Positions 17,848-20,000 of a stretch of 20,000 bases of DNA are shown here, in pieces. This DNA is from an uncultured virus (IMG/VR IMGVR_UViG_3300025138_000017) (Duplodnaviria; Heunggongvirae; Uroviricota; Caudoviricetes), in the IMG/VR virus record IMGVR_UViG_3300025138_000017, one strand, 5' to 3'. Position 1 is the stretch's first letter; each line of letters starts with the position of its first letter. Made by a program: the position numbers and the translations under genes. A model generated the notes under the pieces. That model ran no database searches, had not been told where the DNA came from, and saw nothing but the letters and a program-made list of their open reading frames with translations.

Positions 17848-18067
17848 TTGACTTCACCTCTGCTAACTGTATTATCATTTGCTTTATCTCTACCATATCC
17901 TGTTTTAAACTTTGCACTTCATTGCTAAGTTGATTTACTGTTCCAGCTTTTGCTCTTTGACTTTTGTATTGAACATATGCAGCCTTATCAGTATTTATGA
18001 GAGCCATTGATGACTTGTCTCTAAATATTCCTTGTGCTTCTGTCTCTATTAATGTTATCTTAGCCAT
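17840..18067 (-). CDS. Small hypothetical protein (75 aa) with C-terminal coiled coil
   Basis: TAATG overlap with the upstream gene and 8-nt overlap downstream; RDKSSMALINTD...Y motif resembles small proteins that follow VrlC-like genes in T4-like marine phages (from recall). Confidence 0.8.
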   Translation of the reverse strand: MAKITLIETEAQGIFRDKSSMALINTDKAAYVQYKSQRAKAGTVNQLSNEVQSLKQDMVEIKQMIIQLAEVKSNG

Positions 18068-20000
18068 TATAATGATACCGCTATTGCTCTAAAGTCATGT
18101 AGTACTGGAGCTTTAGATGTTGATTCAGATTTCATTACTATCTTAATTGCAAGTTTTTGATACCCAACAAACTTCTCACCAGCGCTATTGTAATATGTTA
18201 CTTGGCCTGGTACAGTAGCTTGAGGATCTCTAAACGCTTCATTAAGTGAAACGGAGTCCACTTTAAAGTGTGGCTTACCGGTTGTTTCTATACTTTGTAC
18301 TGCATCTGATATTGTTAGTTGTGTGTTGTTAGCAACCGCTGCAACTTTAGAAACAGTATAATCATTACCATCGTTAAATGATCCTTCTAATAATATAGTA
18401 TCGCCTGCAGCGTAATCACTTGAGAACGCTGTGCCTGATCCAGTAATAATTGTATTATTAGATGCATCTGTATGATATGTGACTGTTCCTGCTTTAACTG
18501 TTGTAGATGATGGTCTATCTAAGAATTCAAATCCATACTCATTAGTATCGCCTCTTTCTTTATCACTACTAAATTTAAACTCATTTGAAGTCATTTGTAA
18601 TGGAGACCAATTTGTATCATCTATAATTGATGCATCTGCTTGGTTTAATATTTTTGCATATACTTTAATATCAGTTCCAGAAGGTCTGTATCCTGTTACA
18701 AATACTTTTACATCTTCTGCATCTAATCCGTCAGCTAATGTTACTGTTCTTGATACATATTTTGCTAATGCTTCACCGGTGTTTGTTAAGTGCTCATTAG
18801 TATCAACATTATTAATAATGTTTTCATATTGCAATATACCCTGTGCCTGTAGGTCAACTGATGGGGCTGCAAATCTATGAGGTGAAGATAGTATGTGTCT
18901 AACTCTTAACGATTTGGTTAATGTTGCACCAGATATCTCGTTTGATTTAGATTTAATTTGTGTCGGTTCACTTGGATAGTTTCTATCATTACTTTTAATT
19001 GTTTCTAAGTCTGTGAATGCATTGTCGGCTGAATTTCTACCTTGAAGTTTAGATGTAATTAATGTTTTTGGTAATACTGTATTGTATAGTCTAGGCTCGT
19101 GATAACTAATAAAGTTATTAACTGGTGCATCGATTACACAATTGGCTCCACTTGATATACCTATAATTGTATCTTGGTTAGCAAATAAGTAATTACTATT
19201 TGCAGCTGTACTGTCTTGAACCATTATAGTATTTGTAACAACACCAGGTGATGTTAATTCTTTACTTAATTGAGTATAGATTGCAGAAGGTGTTTGCATA
19301 TAATTTGCAGATGAGTCTGTGAATGTCGGTCCACCTCTTACTACAAGATGAGTACTGTTTGATACAGAGTTAACTGTTACAATATCAAACACGGTTGTGT
19401 TTCCAGATAGTACTATTTTATCACCAGATGCTATTGCCGGACTTGTAAAGTTAGTTCCAGTTCCTATTATAATTGAGTTGCCTTCATTAACAGCAATTGT
19501 TCCAGCTGCGTTTGCAGCTAACTTAAATATTTCTTCGCCCTGTGAGAACGTACCATTCACGACACCATTATTAGCTACTAGCCACTCATAGTCCTCGTTG
19601 ACTAAATCAACTGTAGATACATTGTCTGAGAAGTATGCTCCGTACACTGTAAATTTAATATCTTCATCTAGGTAGGCCTTCCAAGTTCTATCATTTGTAG
19701 ATAAGAACATTGTACCTTTACCCCAATCTTGATTAGTTGTTATATTTGTAGATAAATCTTTATCACCAGCTTTAGTTGTAAATAATTTATACTCTGGTGA
19801 GTTGGCTCCTGGTTTAATGACAATTGCATATTCTCTTGATGAATCAACTGATATAGGATAAGGCCATGTTATAGTAGTTGCTACGGTACCTTTTGAAGAT
19901 GTATTAATGTCACTTGACTCTAATACAACATTGCATATTGCACCAGATGCTGGCATGCCATTTTCAGTTTCTCTAAGTTCAATAGTAACACCCTGGTTAG
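18067..20000 (-). CDS. Large virion structural/baseplate-associated protein, VrlC/DUF4815-like, 5'-truncated
   Basis: Frame stays open past the track's Met to the window edge (NQGVTIELRETENGMP); motifs EYAIVI, GTMFLSTNDRTWKAYLDEDIKF, AKYVSRTVTL, DIKVYAK, AIKIVMKS...P...DFRAIA; two inserted IxGxGTxF modules. Confidence 0.75.
   Translation of the reverse strand, partial: NQGVTIELRETENGMPASGAICNVVLESSDINTSSKGTVATTITWPYPISVDSSREYAIVIKPGANSPEYKLFTTKAGDKDLSTNITTNQDWGKGTMFLSTNDRTWKAYLDEDIKFTVYGAYFSDNVSTVDLVNEDYEWLVANNGVVNGTFSQGEEIFKLAANAAGTIAVNEGNSIIIGTGTNFTSPAIASGDKIVLSGNTTVFDIVTVNSVSNSTHLVVRGGPTFTDSSANYMQTPSAIYTQLSKELTSPGVVTNTIMVQDSTAANSNYLFANQDTIIGISSGANCVIDAPVNNFISYHEPRLYNTVLPKTLITSKLQGRNSADNAFTDLETIKSNDRNYPSEPTQIKSKSNEISGATLTKSLRVRHILSSPHRFAAPSVDLQAQGILQYENIINNVDTNEHLTNTGEALAKYVSRTVTLADGLDAEDVKVFVTGYRPSGTDIKVYAKILNQADASIIDDTNWSPLQMTSNEFKFSSDKERGDTNEYGFEFLDRPSSTTVKAGTVTYHTDASNNTIITGSGTAFSSDYAAGDTILLEGSFNDGNDYTVSKVAAVANNTQLTISDAVQSIETTGKPHFKVDSVSLNEAFRDPQATVPGQVTYYNSAGEKFVGYQKLAIKIVMKSESTSKAPVLHDFRAIAVSL

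Noticed and set aside
15386..19591. Plus-strand ORFs, including the 288-aa ORF at 16826-17692
   Set aside because: Antisense to strong structural genes; expected from biased codon usage with few antisense stops.
19954..19956. Met at 19956 as the true start of the 629-aa ORF
   Set aside because: Frame is open to the window edge with family-like sequence (VTIELRETENGMP); the gene starts upstream.

Overview
AT-rich, tightly packed minus-strand late/structural module of a T4-like myovirus (likely a large environmental phage). Gene order: partial VrlC/DUF4815-like virion protein, small coiled-coil protein, tail fibre with a C-terminal S74 autochaperone, 112-aa fibre-motif protein, 1071-aa tetrapeptide-repeat protein ending in a gp38-like glycine-rich adhesin, 3134-aa tetrapeptide-repeat protein, 177-aa unknown, GT-A glycosyltransferase, and a partial gene missed by the ORF track. 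Main finding: the 3134-aa protein is mirror-registered. Marker motifs in its first half (DRIW, QQW, GxRx) are matched by partner motifs in its second half (TNIY, T/A-DNY, GxRx) at constant index sums, around an irregular centre containing a Cys-flanked acidic loop. This suggests a single ~2,860-residue antiparallel hairpin filament inserted into a small three-repeat base domain. The neighbouring 1071-aa protein appears to be a smaller version of the same design. Residue positions were counted by hand; family calls come from motif recognition, not database searches.
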